Assembly (NCBI GenBank): GCA_036785375.1
Contig: JAWMAR010000030.1
Coordinates: forward strand, 7,564,001 to 7,628,000
Length of the DNA stretch: 64,000 nucleotides
Source of the DNA: Leucoraja ocellata
Lineage: Eukaryota
Direction: 5' to 3'
Shown here one piece after another: positions 36,776 to 51,000 of the stretch (positions are counted from its first letter, which is position 1; every line of letters starts with the position of its first letter). Position numbers and translations under genes: made by a program. The notes under the pieces are model-generated. The model was not told the origin of the DNA and searched no databases. It was given only the letters and a program-made list of their open reading frames with translations.

Positions 36776-39700
36776 GAACAGTGTTGTTTGCTGCGGGGTT
36801 AGCTTAGCTAACCTAGGTTTTAGATAACATAGCCTTGCTCAAAAAGGCATAAGAAGAGGGGGCAGCAAATTGAACGTTAACCCTTTTCCCCTTCACCTTA
36901 CACCTATGTCCTCTGGTCCTTGGTTCATCTTCTCTAGGCAAGAGACTGTGCATCTACCCGATCTATTCCTCTCATGATTTTATTCTCATGATTCTCATGA
37001 TTCATGGGTGTCAACAGTAGTCAGAAACTAGGCTTAGAATACATTGCTTCTCAGTTAGTTGTCCATTGCAGTGGCATTGTAACTCAACCTTGTGTTTTAT
37101 ATGGAAGGTGGAGGAGTAGATATGATTTCCCCCAAGATTGGAGAAAGTTTTTAGGTCCTTTGCCATACTTCACTTAACATGTTCCTCTATTTGCAAAACA
37201 CAAACTTCTGGAGGAACTCAGCGGGCCAGGCAGCATCTATGGATGAAATAGACAGATGACGTTTTGGGTAGGGTCCCTTCTTCAGACCCTGGGCATCAAC
37301 AGAGTTCACCTGCTCTTTCTCTATTGACCATGATTAATAAAGAAACAACGGGGTGGAATTTCATTTTAAAAGTTTTATGTTCTGTACAGCAGATATAACA
37401 GACAAAAATGATAAGCCAAATGTTGTCAGAAACCACATATTATTCAAACCCTTTACAATTTCACCGGGTAAAATAAATGATGTTTTCAGAGCAGAATCCC
37501 ACATACAGTGGGAAAGTTAACTGCACTAAATGCACAGGTAAAGTACAATATCCATTTGATTTTTTTTTTGAAAAATATATTTCTTAAAAAGTAGATGTTT
37601 ATACAATCAAAGTTTCTGCATGCAATTAGTACGTGTGAACAGCCTGCAAATAGACCCTGTCAGTAAACAGATGTCTAGCGCTTCAACAAAAAAAAACTGG
37701 AAATTGGAGTCATATTTACTGATCTCCTTCAATGTAATAAACTCAAAAAATATAATACAAGTTAATTTACAAGTATTTTTTTTATAGTATCATACATCTT
37801 ATGCTACAAAAACAAATCCTGATATAAAAAGTTTGTAAATGGATTTTTGTGATTGCTAATGCATACACTTCAACAAGTTGATTCAAAGGCATCAAAATAA
37901 CTTATGCAATATGAATGCAAAATTGAATGTTGCATTAAAACTGACCATTAAAAATGAATACAATAGTACATATCGCTTCTGTAGCTTTGTAATGACTGTA
38001 GCAAATAACTCCTGTAGCAAAGATACTTGGAGTAAAACAGAAGCTGACAAAAAAAAGTGACAAGATTGCAAACTTTTTACAGAATGCAAGGATTAGAAAA
38101 TGTTTCGGATCAAAAAAAAGTTACATTTTCAGAAGTCAGAACATATTTTTTGCTAAGATTCATTCATTAGAAAAACTTAAAAGTAATTTTTACAACTCTT
38201 CAAAAGTTTTTTTTATCCCCTCCTGTGCATGTGCAGTAAGTTTATTTAACCAAGTGTAAATTTAACCAAGCAATTGGCTGGAACCAAAGCAGTGGAAAAG
38301 TATGTTCAGACAATAGCACCAGTTGCGAAGGCATTGGTTTGATAGAAGCTAGACTGATTAGCTCTGCTAATGAGCTGGCACGTGCATTATCAGTTGAATG
38401 GCCTCCTTCCGCTCTGCATCAAGAATTACAGCAAAATGGAATCTCATTATCCTCAATAACACTATGGCTTACAAAAACTAAAAGGATTGCTTGGATAGGA
38501 ATGAATGGATGATTCATGTGGCCATATTAAAAAGGCCGGTGTCATATGGATCTCAATTGTTTAAAAGTAACAATGTTGTCAAGCATGCATTTGGTTTCAA
38601 AGTATGATTTTAATAGGCCGTAAAAATTGAAATTATTGCTCTGCAGACCAATTGCACTTCACTTAAACTGATGGCTTCCAACACTAAATCGGCATGAGAA
38701 GCATAATTAAAGCATCTTAAAGCCTAAACATAGGGATTTAGCCATTTGTTGCACTGGTCTAGTTTGTGTGTGGTTGACAGAGCTCTAACTTTACAAGCTC
38801 TTTGCATGTAAAGTTAGAAAAAATAAGTTTTAAAAATCTAAATGCAGTTGTCTGAGAAATGGATCATGGATCCTCTGGGTGAATGGGAAGTAACACCCTC
38901 CCTCCATAATAAAAAAAATCATTCACAAATGCAGGAAAAGTAACAAAACAAGTTTTGATTCAAAGAAAGGAGATGATACCAATTACTTATTTAAATGAAC
39001 TATACTAAGTCATTGAAATATCACCATAATAAAAGATGAAACTGCCAGCAGTTCTGGTCAGTTCTCAAAAGCACATCTGTTAAAAGGAATCATTTTCATA
39101 CTTGGCAGTGTAGTTATCTCTTCCTTTTTCAGTAGAAAGAGAAAAAATAAATCCACAGTGACTGTGACCTTCTAGTTAAAGGTCTACCAAAAATATATAT
39201 GTTTATCAAAAGAAACTGCTCAGCAGACCATTCCTGTGCAAAAGATCTGGTTCCGTAAAACAGACCTTCGAGTCTCACAGTCAAAATGCACATGGATATT
39301 TTGTTGCTTTTTCACATCCCGCCTGATGTACAAGGTAGAAGGTGGCTCAGCCACAGATTTCAGCGACTACGGTACACAAATGACCACTACGCAGCTGATG
39401 TCCCATTCTGTAACTCTGTAACTTCCAGCATGTGTTCCTCCATTATTTTTGTGTCAAGCTCTTTTGTTTTCGACAAGGAGTCGTGGAACGTCGCTCTGTA
39501 GCCCTTTTCAAATCATTCCAGCTTTGGCCAAATTCATTACTTTTTAACATTTAGCCACGGAGTTTGACCCTGGTAGTAGGTAAATACATCGTTCAGAATT
39601 TGTCACTTCAAGCGCCAGTCACGAGCAAAGTCCACTGATTCCTCCTGTAGTTTCAGGAGTAGAAACATACATGTACCTCACTGTGTTCAGATTAGAGACT

Positions 39701-39824
39701 AGGGTTTTCTAACTGGTTGCGCACGTGTTTAAAAAAAAAAGGTTTAACATTTCACCAGTCTGTTGGCTGATTTGCTTGTCTGTGGGACATTAGTTAATAA
39801 ACAAATGTATGGATCCTGGTGTTT

Positions 39825-40155
39825 ACGTGCAGCTGATAGTGCTGCTGCCTCACAGTGAAGTGACAGAGATCTGGCTTCAATTCTGACCTTGGTTGTTGTC
39901 TGTGTGGAGTTTAAATATTCTCCTTATGCCAATTTGGGCTCTAAGTTCCTCCCACATCTCAAAGATGTGCACATTGGTAAGTTAATTGGCCACTAAAAAA
40001 TGTCCCTAGTGTGTAGGTGAGTGACAAAATCTGGGGAAAGCTGTTGAGGATGGTACGGAAAATGGGATTGATGTAGGTTTAGGGTAAATGGATGGTGAAT
40101 GGTTGGCATGGACTTGATGGGCTGAATAACTTGTTTCTGTGCTGTACCTCTCTGT
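39825..40155 (+). mobile_element. Old V-SINE
   Basis: gctgctgcctcacag...tgtctgtgtggagttt...cctcccacatctcaaagatgtgc. Confidence 0.75.
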
Positions 40156-41849
40156 AGCATTAGTACTGCTACAATCTACAATCACATCTTAGCCCTTCAT
40201 CTTAGGATCAGATGGCTTCCCTCCAGGGAGTAAAGGAAGTAGGTGAGAACATTGAAGATTCCCTGACAATGATTTTCCACAGTTCCCTCAATTCAACAAG
40301 CAATGTACTGCATGTCTCTGGAGATCTTTAGATGGTCAGATACAGCCAGCATATGAAAGGTGGAGTATGCCTATTGAAAAACTGCCACGATTATGAATGT
40401 TATGGCAGCAGCTTTTTGAACTGCTGCAGTTTGCATGGCGAATGTGTTGTCAACGTTTTTAGGAAGTGCGTTTCTGGGTATTGATGAAGTGGCAGTGAAG
40501 GAGTGACAACATTATTTCTACATCAGATAGTTGTTCCACTGGAATTCCCAATGCCAGTGGAAGTTGATTCAATAAGGGAATTGGATTATTGATTGAAAAA
40601 GATCTGTTGGGGTATGGGAAAAGAGCGGGATGAGGGTAGATTTAATTGAAACATTTCTATCAAAGATCCAGGACAGGAAAAAAAACAACAAATGCTCTCT
40701 ATTTTTGTGAATTGTTGCTTTGTGATTCTCAGAAAATTGATGCAAAACACATTTGATAGCTGTGTCTCTGTGGACTAGAAATTGCTCAAGACTGAATTTG
40801 TTTTACCGGTAGTAAAGCGGATAGCAGATGTACGGCATCATCTTGTAACAGTATATACATATGTCTTCCAAACTTTAGAGTATCTAAAAGCTTGTACACA
40901 TGGTTAAGGAAATTCCTCTGGATCATGCAATTAGTTGAAAACAAACAGCAAGCCTTATTCTTGTGGGCCATGTCAAATGACATCTTTATTTGTGCCTTCT
41001 GCTATTCCCAATCATAAAGTCAACCAGCAAAAAAAGGCTGTACTTTCAGCTGTTATCACAATCAGTTTATTCGTCACCATACAACCATTAATAAGAGTTG
41101 CTATCAGTCAAGAACTGTAATAACACTTAAGTGTTTTTCTAGGAGCTGAAGCTTAATACAGTATGTAAACATCAACCATGGCTGGCTTGAAATGCTGAGA
41201 CAATAGTTTAGCATCCCTTACTTAATATTGTTCGCCCTGGTTAGGACATATAATTATTTGATACAGATTCACCTACAAAAATAAAAAAAGGAACGCATCC
41301 CTCCCTTCTCAATTTTTATTATCAGCTGCCTCTGCTGAAGTAATTGAATTGAATTGTTTAGCTTATATTGGGGTTAACACACATTGTGATATATCAGCAG
41401 AAAAAACACAAATAAATGGAGGCACAAGAAACTGCAGATGCTGGAATCGAACAATAAACAAAATGCCGGAGGAACTCGGAGTGTGAGACAGAATCTGTGG
41501 AAGTAATTAGACAGACAATGTTTCAGGTTAGGATCTTTCTTCAGCCTGAAGGACTCTGAAGAAAGATTCTGGTCTGCAGATTCCCTCGAAAGATGCTGCC
41601 TGACCTGCGGAGTTCCTCCAGTACTTTGTTTTTAGACACAAATAAATCCCTGGCAGGAATACATACAGTTTGCAATTGGTGGCTTAGGGCAATGGCTTCA
41701 AATAACCAGGTCTGCAGTTAAGGGCAGCCCACTTCATATAATACAATAAATTACAATGCAGCTGTGGCTCCTTATATTATGCACGAATATCATGCAAATA
41801 ATAACTGCAGTATTATGTCTCAAAATTAGCAGATGAATACACAGGTACA

Positions 41850-42008
41850 AAGACAATGGTAGACAACACAGGATTTAATACAATTTATACAAAGTGTGTT
41901 ATTAAAATATGAATTAGTTTTAAAAAAGGTAACATTTATAATTGCAAAAAACTGTATAAAAATAAATATTCTATGTACACACTCCATTCTGAGGTTAGAC
42001 CATCATCA
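41850..42008 (-). other. COL13A1: Collagen terminal exon: stop codon plus start of 3' UTR (3' end not determined)
   Basis: Branch point CTAAC, polypyrimidine tract ttgcttttctttgcag, then TGA TGA, followed by AU-rich TGTACATAGAATATTTATTTTTATACAG. Confidence 0.75.
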
Positions 42009-45000
42009 CTGCAAAGAAAAGCAAATGTAGGTTAGTTTAAACATCAGCACTTCAAACCAAGGCATCACAGAACAAGTCAATAAAGGGGAAAAGTATTTGA
42101 GATGTGAAACAGTCCTTGACATTGAGCCATCTAGAGACAACTACATATTTATAACCTCAATTATTTGTTATTGAAGTTGATCAAATGCGATTTTTTTTTT
42201 GGGTGAATCTTTCTTTTTAGTCCTGATATTTATTTCTCCATATTGATTGACTCCCTGTTTACCAAATAAATAAGCACCTCTCCGAAAATTACTTGAAACA
42301 AGTCACACAGAATGTTTTGAATTTATCCTATTAAAGAGCTCAGTTGGAGAGTTCACACATTACGATTCTCTATATAATGCTCATTACTTTAGTTGGGCTT
42401 CAAGATGATAACCAATAAATGGATGAATGTCAAATGTCAAATATGACAACAGAGCAGTTTACTGGAAGGGGTTAAACAGTCTTTGTTTCAGGGATCTAGC
42501 ATGGAATTAATGGGCTAAACAGCCCCTTCATTGCCATGATGATTTGATAATATGTTCATCGTTGCATGTTTATATTGTATAGAAGAATTTCTAGATTGAG
42601 ATGATGAATCTGTGGGATATGAAAAATTCAATTTTTGCGAATAAGGCTAATGAATGGTGGCTTCATTTCAAAGAGCGAGGTACATTAACACTTTATAATT
42701 GCCATTAATAATTTACATGCTTTAATAGATGACCTGATAATTCCCGTTCAAAGCACAAGTTGCCTGTACATTTATTTTGGTCTGGTATATTCCTACAATT
42801 CCTACATTTCTACAACTTTATGGTGCAATTAGCTGGTTAAATCAACCATTTGCATTTTTAACTAGTTTCTTTTGTACATTTTGTGGTTATTGTATCTTTC
42901 AGAGATGCTGCTGTGTAATTCTGGGTCCAATATGGATTACAGTGTATGAACTCAGTATTAAGTAGAAGCAATTTTATATCACAAATTCATGATTAATTGA
43001 GAGCCATTTCTAAAGGACCCTATTGAAAGAAAATGAGCTGTAATAATATTATTGCCACTGTTAAAGCCTGTTCACGATTAACAAGAAAATGGTAACAGTG
43101 AAAGAATCCTTGCCAAAATCAAATTTCTAAAGCAATGATATAGTAATTGCTGATGATAATGGATTTAACCTGTGCCATTTGTTTATAGTTCCCAGCGAAT
43201 ACAGTAGGAACAGGCTTAGAAATGATCATGCTGCCCACACTTGTAGCTTCCACTCAATTCAAAGATGAATCACTATTCATTCTGATTAGAAAACACACTA
43301 TAGGTGCAGCACACAAACATGCTCAAATACGTTTAACGCTACTTACTTTATTCCAACAGCCCTGTACAGGTAAACCATCTTCACCCTATAAGTACAAACA
43401 GAGAAAATATTTATATATATTTTCCTTCTTTTGTTTCTATCCAATTTTAATTCTATGTCACCTATTTAAATTACTTTCTGTATCTGCTTCCCTTCCCACT
43501 ATTTGTTCACAAATACCTTAACTTGATGGAAAGCGCCTTTAAGGAAAAGCAGGAAACTAGAATCAGATCCACTGGAGAATTGAAATTGAGATCCAAACTT
43601 GGGAACTGTGGCCGCTTGACAACTACATATTTTTGTAATTTAAACAACAGCAAATTATATTGGAGGAGTTTCTTGATCAAGTGTTTACTGAATTGAAATT
43701 TGTCGAATGGTTGTCAGAGATTGCATTAAAGTAATACTTTGGAAATGACGACATGCTTGATTGAGATGGGAAACATTGTTTATGCTAACAATGTCTAGCT
43801 TGTTGTTCGAGATAGCCCTAGCTGTCCTTGGATACATATCATTGGCTGAATACCTTTGTTGAAATCTTAGCATCTCGATTTGAAACATTAATTCATCTTC
43901 CTTAACGAGGTAAAACTGAGATGTAATCTTGTAAGTGCATCTTGCTTGGCAGTAGTTAGAAAATACCACCAATCAATTCAGCACTAGAATCACAACTAAC
44001 CTAGTCTGATTGTTTAATGGAGATTAAATTACATTAACACCAATATGGATTTAATTACATTACCACTGTATCCGTTTAGATTCAACTAATACCTCAGCTC
44101 CTGTTTTGCCAGCTATTGGATGATGTTTATGGCTATATAACATATTTCTAGCCTTGGTGGAAACATGGTAATAAACACACATAATCTCTTCAATCAGACA
44201 TGTCAACATTCATCTCAACATTGTGCAGGCTTGGAAAATGTTGCATCGTAACCTTTATTACATCAACCTCCATGCATTTTGATTCCTAGAATTTTCTATT
44301 CTTCGTCCTTCTCTCCCGACACCACCCCTCCTTTCCCTTCCCAACCCCCCTCCCACCGCACCCTCCCTTTCCCCTCTCCCAACCCCCTCACCAACCCACA
44401 ATTCCATTCAACTAATTATAGGAGCTCTTCCAGTTCTTAGTCCCAGAAATGTAAAATAAAATGTATTAGGAACATTAAAAAATTGCTGATATGGTCAGCA
44501 GATCAGGAAGCCTGTGTGGACAGAGAGACAGAGTTAATGTTTTGGGTTGATGATCGTCTGATGGAGGATCATTGCTAACTCTGTTCCTCACCTTCACCTT
44601 TATCATCTTACTGATCTTATTTATCTGATTCTTGATCTTGTTCATCTGCCACATTTGCCGTGTCAGGTCTTCACAAATAACAAGACTATCGCCAGTGGCA
44701 AATCTTGGAGATGTCCTCTGTGATATTATTGAATGTTAACATTGTCTTAAGACGTTGTGTCTGCCCAGCTTCACATATTCTTTAACTTGGTGAATACTAT
44801 AATAGTGTTCTACATTGTTATAGAACAGTATAATAGTGCTGTGATTTATACAATCCTCCAAGATAGCTAGATGGTACACATGGACATGACTGCTTCAACT
44901 AGTAAACTCAACAGTGAAGGAGTGATTTTGAGCCCTTTCTTCAGTTGGCAAATTTTCCTTTACAAACCATTATATCAAATACTATGCATCAAAAGTCAAT

Positions 45001-48000
45001 GAAACCAAGTCTCTATCCACTGGAAAGGTATCATTCAGCATAGAGTTTAATCAAATAATCAAGAAATGATTGCTGATATGCACTAAATAGATTCCTCATA
45101 TACTATTGCATCTGCTATTTTAATCTGACACTAACCCATTTATTTCTAAATGGATTCAGATCATATGACTTGAAAGGAGATACAAAATTCACTTCAGTAT
45201 TGAATTCTTGATACTACCATCATTTTATATCTATATTGCACAGTTGTAGTGTTGCTTCAAGCTTTATCTCATTAAACTCTGGCAACGGGTTTTCCAGGCA
45301 GTGTTCAGGTTACTGTGAGGCATCAGCATAACAAGTGAGACTTTTGAAAAGGAAGTCTTTCCTGCCACACTTGGATAGCATAATGGCTCAGATTTCCCTC
45401 TCACATTTTCACCTGGCTTGCTTGCTTTCTAAGAAACTAGCAAACCACTTGATTATGTCATTGATTCTTAAATTACATGTTTGCTGTACCTCATAGATTA
45501 AAAATAGTAGATTTACTTATGACTATTCAGTTGTAAGCAACATGCTTTCTTATAAAATATCGATTCCAAATGCAAAAAATTTAAGCAAGCTTTAAAACTA
45601 ATGGTCATGCATTGCACTGCCTTTGGGAAAAATGGTTCGGTACAACTCTTTTTGTAATTAAGACAGGATCAGTATACTTAAAGAAACGATTCACAAAGCT
45701 AAATATGTTCTATGTTATAGAAAGGATTCTTAAGATTACTCTTGGCTCTTACAAAAATAAATAGAATTCGATTTCTCACTGATGCACCATCAATGAGATT
45801 GATTTATTTAGGCATAAACATGATTTAAGGTAATTACTTTGAACCCATTGGTACTCTGTTGGAATGCATTCAGGACAGGGTTTCAGAAAAGTGGCAATTA
45901 AGGAAAGGTGGGGAAGGAGTGAGGGGTGTTAATTCTTAATTGGTTTTGAAAAGTGAAACAGGAGCATTGATGTGATAAATAAGAGAGGATTCTGCAAGAG
46001 ATTTTAACTGCAGCAGCATTACATAAGTAAGGGAAATTCAATGGGAATGCTTGGCTTTTGAAGTTGCAAGGAAGGACAAAGCCACTAAAATGAAGGTAAA
46101 CTTTTCCATAGGATATGGGTTAGCGTTGTTTAATTGCCGAGAAGTGAGAACAATTTGCAACTCTGTACTGCTTTACATGACCTCATGATGTCCTCACGTT
46201 CTTCAGCCAGTGGAGCATTTTTGAAGTGCATACTTTATTATAATATAAGAGAAGCAGCAAGCAATTTGTGCACAGCATGCATCCACAAACAGCAATGAGA
46301 TAAATGACCAGCATGAGAGAAGGGTTATAAATAGGAGGGATTTTAGTGGTGCAATATTAATATCTAACTCAAATTCAACTAATTGACAGAATTTTCAGTG
46401 ATGAATGCTTGTTTTTATCGTAAATTGCCTGAATCTACTGTCAAAGGACAGAGGGAAATGGAAACGGAAGAAGGGTCTCGACCCATTCCTTCTCTCCAGC
46501 GATGCTGCCTGTCCTGCTGAATTACTCCAGTGTTTTGTGTCTATCTTCAGTTTAAACCAACATCTGCAGTTCTTTCTTACACATGTCACATTTTTAATAT
46601 GTAAAAGGATTAATTTTCATTATCATTACACCTTTCACAATTGATTTCCTAAAAATGTTGTTTTTATGTCTAAATGTCCTTATAGAGTTCTCTATTAGTA
46701 TTTTCTTAAGCAATAACAGAAATTTTCAGATTACTATCAAGACTATTCATGGACATTGATTAGAAATTAAAGTATCAACTGTGAAATGTAAGAAACTCAA
46801 AATAAATATGTATTAATCCTACATCTACATAACACTTTCCATATTGTTGTCGTGTAGCACTTAGTCAGTGAAATAGTTTTGAAGTGGAATGAAATCTTGG
46901 GTAACTGCATTTGTATGTTACTTGCACTAGTCAGCTAGGAAAGTTGACTAAGGAATGGCAAAATGAAATTTAATTCACTTTTTGTCTGCAGTTTATGTTG
47001 TGAGCTATTCTTGTGTATGGTCTGGAAAAAGGTCTCTCTTCATAAATTGTAAATCGAGCATCATTTGATTTGAGGTATTTTGGTGTATGTAGTCAAATTT
47101 GTAGAGAAAAAGAACTGCATGGAACAAATATGTAAAGAATTTCAAAATGAGCAAATAAGCATATCCATCACTGGATTTCATGGATTTGTGGGGCTGAAGC
47201 AGTACTTTCTTAGGTTGCATTTGAAGTTATTAGTTCACCAGCATGCATGAAAGTGGATTACAATGATTCACGTGCAGGAAGGGGAGGGATGTAACACCAT
47301 ACCAATGGGCAAGGGGCGTCAAGCCCATCCAGGCCAGGTAAGCCCGGTTCACCTTTTTCTCCTTTAATGCCTCGAAATCCCTGTTTACAAAATGAACTGA
47401 CTTGGTTAATACAAATGCATCTTGAATCAACTTTCACATAGATGGAGAAAGGAGGGAGGACATTGGAGCAGACGTCGACGTGTGACAAAGTGACACGTTA
47501 TCAGAGATCGTTCTTTCTATGTCCAGTAAGTACCACAAAGGAAACTTTGATGCAAACCATCAGACCTGCATTAGACACTCACCAATCTTAAGGCCAGAAA
47601 AGATTTTTGATTACTGTTGAGTAATTGAGATGGGCCAATATGGCAGGCCAAGAATTTCTGACTGTGTTTTGTCACTGGAGAGCAATTGGACCTTGGTTCA
47701 TGTAGTCCACCATTCAGGTGGAGCTCTGAAACCACATTACAGTGGTAGCAGATACTCCAGCCAAATGAAGTAGATTTGTGACCAAGTTACCATATCAATA
47801 TGTGAAAGCAGGCTTCAGGTTTGCACTGAAAGAATTCATATCAGTGGTACCATTGGGCAGGGGTGATAGTTCCTCCCTTATTTTTCCATTACAATACCTG
47901 ACATTTTCAACGACATCATGAGAACATACCAATGGACAAGGTGCATCTAATCCAGGCACTCCTTGGTCTCCCTTATCCCCTTTAGGCCCTTTAGCACCTC

Positions 48001-51000
48001 TCTTTCCCTTCTCCCCCTGCAAACAATATTTTTATTAGTCAAAGAACAAGACACTATAGAAAAAAGGGGAGAACAGAATGTTGAATTAACACTTCCCGAT
48101 TTGATCTCAAATTTGTTTCATTAAAACATTTGCTTCATCATTGATTAAATTGTTAGGACAGTTACACTTAATTGTAAACTTCAGTATCATTAAGTTTTTT
48201 AAAGGTATGATACTGATGATGTACTAACACGTACAGAAGATTGTTTCTGATAACAGACTGACTGATTAAATAGTCCTTCAGTGTTTGGAAACACTCAGGT
48301 ACTTTTTCTTGAGTTTATGATTCAGTTATTTATTTTTTTGCACAGAGTATAGTTTTTAGCAAGAAGATATTTTAAAGATGATTAAGGATCAGAATATGTT
48401 GTTAAAAAATGGAATCTGTACCCTGTTCTGTATTATTTTGAAATTAGAAAGAGATTACAGTGGGTACTTTATTAAAACTTGAGTCTCCTTATAAATATAA
48501 AGGCAAATTAGATAATGAATTAGAGGATCAGAATGTTCATTAGTTTAGGAGAAATTGAGCTGTTATGGACTTGCTCGCAAAATAGGATCACTGTCGGGAA
48601 GAAGGAAATGCTGTTTCAGGAAGGAGGAAGCAGGATAATTTAGGATTAATGTAGAACAGAAGGAAGGGATAAAGGGGGGTAAGGCAGACCTGTCGGAAGG
48701 AATAAGAACACAGGAGAAAAATAGCAAAAACGAAGAAACAATGCAGTATGGTTCAAACATCTACCACATATCACACACATTCCAATTCACAACACTTTCT
48801 CTTGTATATCTGTTTGAATTAGGATTACTTTGTACAATGGATATGAAAAATTAAATAATTTAAATTGACAATTTCAAATAAAATGATTTTGCCTAAATCA
48901 AACAGATACTTAAAAAATTACATCCATCTTTTTAATTAAAGTGCAGTTGCACCCTAGATTACATGTAAGACATGGTTAAGGCTGGATATTTTTATTACTG
49001 GCTGTTGATTATTATAATGGTCTCTACATCGCTGATGACCAGGGTAATATTTTCCTCTGATTCGCAAAAACATACAAATCTCTTATTCCAAAAATATGAA
49101 TTACAAGCTATTGGAATTGCATATACATGTAATTCAGCAGAAATGACAGAAAATTGGACAAATCAGAAATAGATATAATAACACATATGAGTCATATGTG
49201 TTATTATATTTATTTCTGATTTGTCCAATTTTGGAAGGTTAAATCGTAATGGACCTATGAAGAGCTCGCTAACGGGATACCAACTTTGCTTAATGGTACA
49301 AAACAGAGGGTGATGTTGGAAGGTTGCTTTATTGATTTGGAGGCAGATTGTTGTTTGTCATCGAAGTCAATGATTTGGAGGAGAATGTACAAGGCATGAC
49401 GAGCTAGTGATGACACTAAAATAGGTGTTATCGTAGACAGTGAAGATGGGTGTCAAGATTCACAGATGGAGCTTGATCAGCCAGGAAAGTTGATTAAGGA
49501 ATGGCAAAATGAAGTTTGATTCAGATACACGTGAGGTGTTGCATTTTGGGGTGTCAAACCAGGACCGCAATTTCACAGTGAATGTAGGGTCCTGGGGAAT
49601 GTTGCAGAGCAAAGGGGTCTAGGAGTACAAATGGTTTCCTGATAGAGGCATTGAAGGTAGACAGGGTGGTGAAGAAGGCTTTTGGCAGGCTGGCCTTCAT
49701 CAGTCGGCGAATTGAGTATAGAATATACTAAATATACTAAATGCTGGAGTAACTCAGCAGGACAGGTAGCATCTCTGGAGAGAAGGAATGATGTTGCATG
49801 CCCCACGAGTTATTCCAGCATTTTGTGTCTATGTTTGGTTTACACCGGCATCTGCAGTTTCTTCCTACACAATTGAGTATAGAAGTTGGGACATTATGTT
49901 ACAGTTGTACAAGACACTAGTGAGGCTGTAATTGGAATATGGTGTTCAGTTTCGGTCACCTTGTGATAGGAAACATTAAGCTGGAAAGTGTTCAGAGGAT
50001 GAGGATGTTGCCAGGATTCATGGGGTCAAATGGAATAAATACAGAGGAAAAACATTTGGCATGGAAGGGGACATGTTTCTGATGCACAACTGATTCCATA
50101 TTCATTCATTATTCTTCAAGCAAACACCTTCCCAACATTCAGGTGCTATTCTGCCAGAGTTCTTCCATGGTTAGCCAAACCTGCCCTTGATGAATTCAAA
50201 GAAGAAAATAGTTTCTCACCAGCATTTCCCATGAGGGCTTCCCAGATTGAATCAGATACATTTGTTAATGTTTGCTATATTTTTTGTCTTTTTTTTTTGC
50301 ACACCTCCCAAATGTAACATCCAGAGGAAAATATGGTCCTTGTAAATAAAGCTGATATTTTACTTCAATAACTCATGCATATTAGCATAATTGTCCACAT
50401 AAACGGGACCATGCAGAAGACCATTCATTCTTACCCGGCCTCCCTTTTCACCCGTTGGTCCCAGTGAACCCTGAAAAATACATTAGCAGAGGTCATATTT
50501 CTCAAGTTGAGTTAATATGATGCAACACACAGTCATCAATAAAACTCAATTTGAAATGACTTCACTGATTAGACACCATCTGTGGTCAGCCGGTAATGAA
50601 AGTATTACTGGTTTACAAGCAAGAGAGACAGAGCAAGAGACCACGGTGATCTTAATTCATCAACGTCAGATCGCTTCCAGAGGAGATCTTTATTGACCAG
50701 CCAACGGTTTGCAGATAATAACTATTCAAACCACAGGATGTGGGATACCAATCAATGATAACAGTACAGGCATTGGATTACTTTTATTTTGTGCCTCAAA
50801 AAGAAGTTGTACATAAAATGTATTATGAAAATATATATTAGGCACTTTGGTGCCATATGACTGTACTTACTTCTAATAAAATAAAATATTTAAAAAAAAA
50901 AAGAAAAAAAAAAGATTTTGTGCCTCACTTACTGGTGTTGCATCTAAAAAGGTAATTTTCAAACTTTGCATTTGCCAAGGTAAGGGGGAGGGGGTGGTGC

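Noticed and set aside
36968-37006. Short tandem ctcatgatt repeats
   Set aside because: Slippage at the end of a CR1 fragment.
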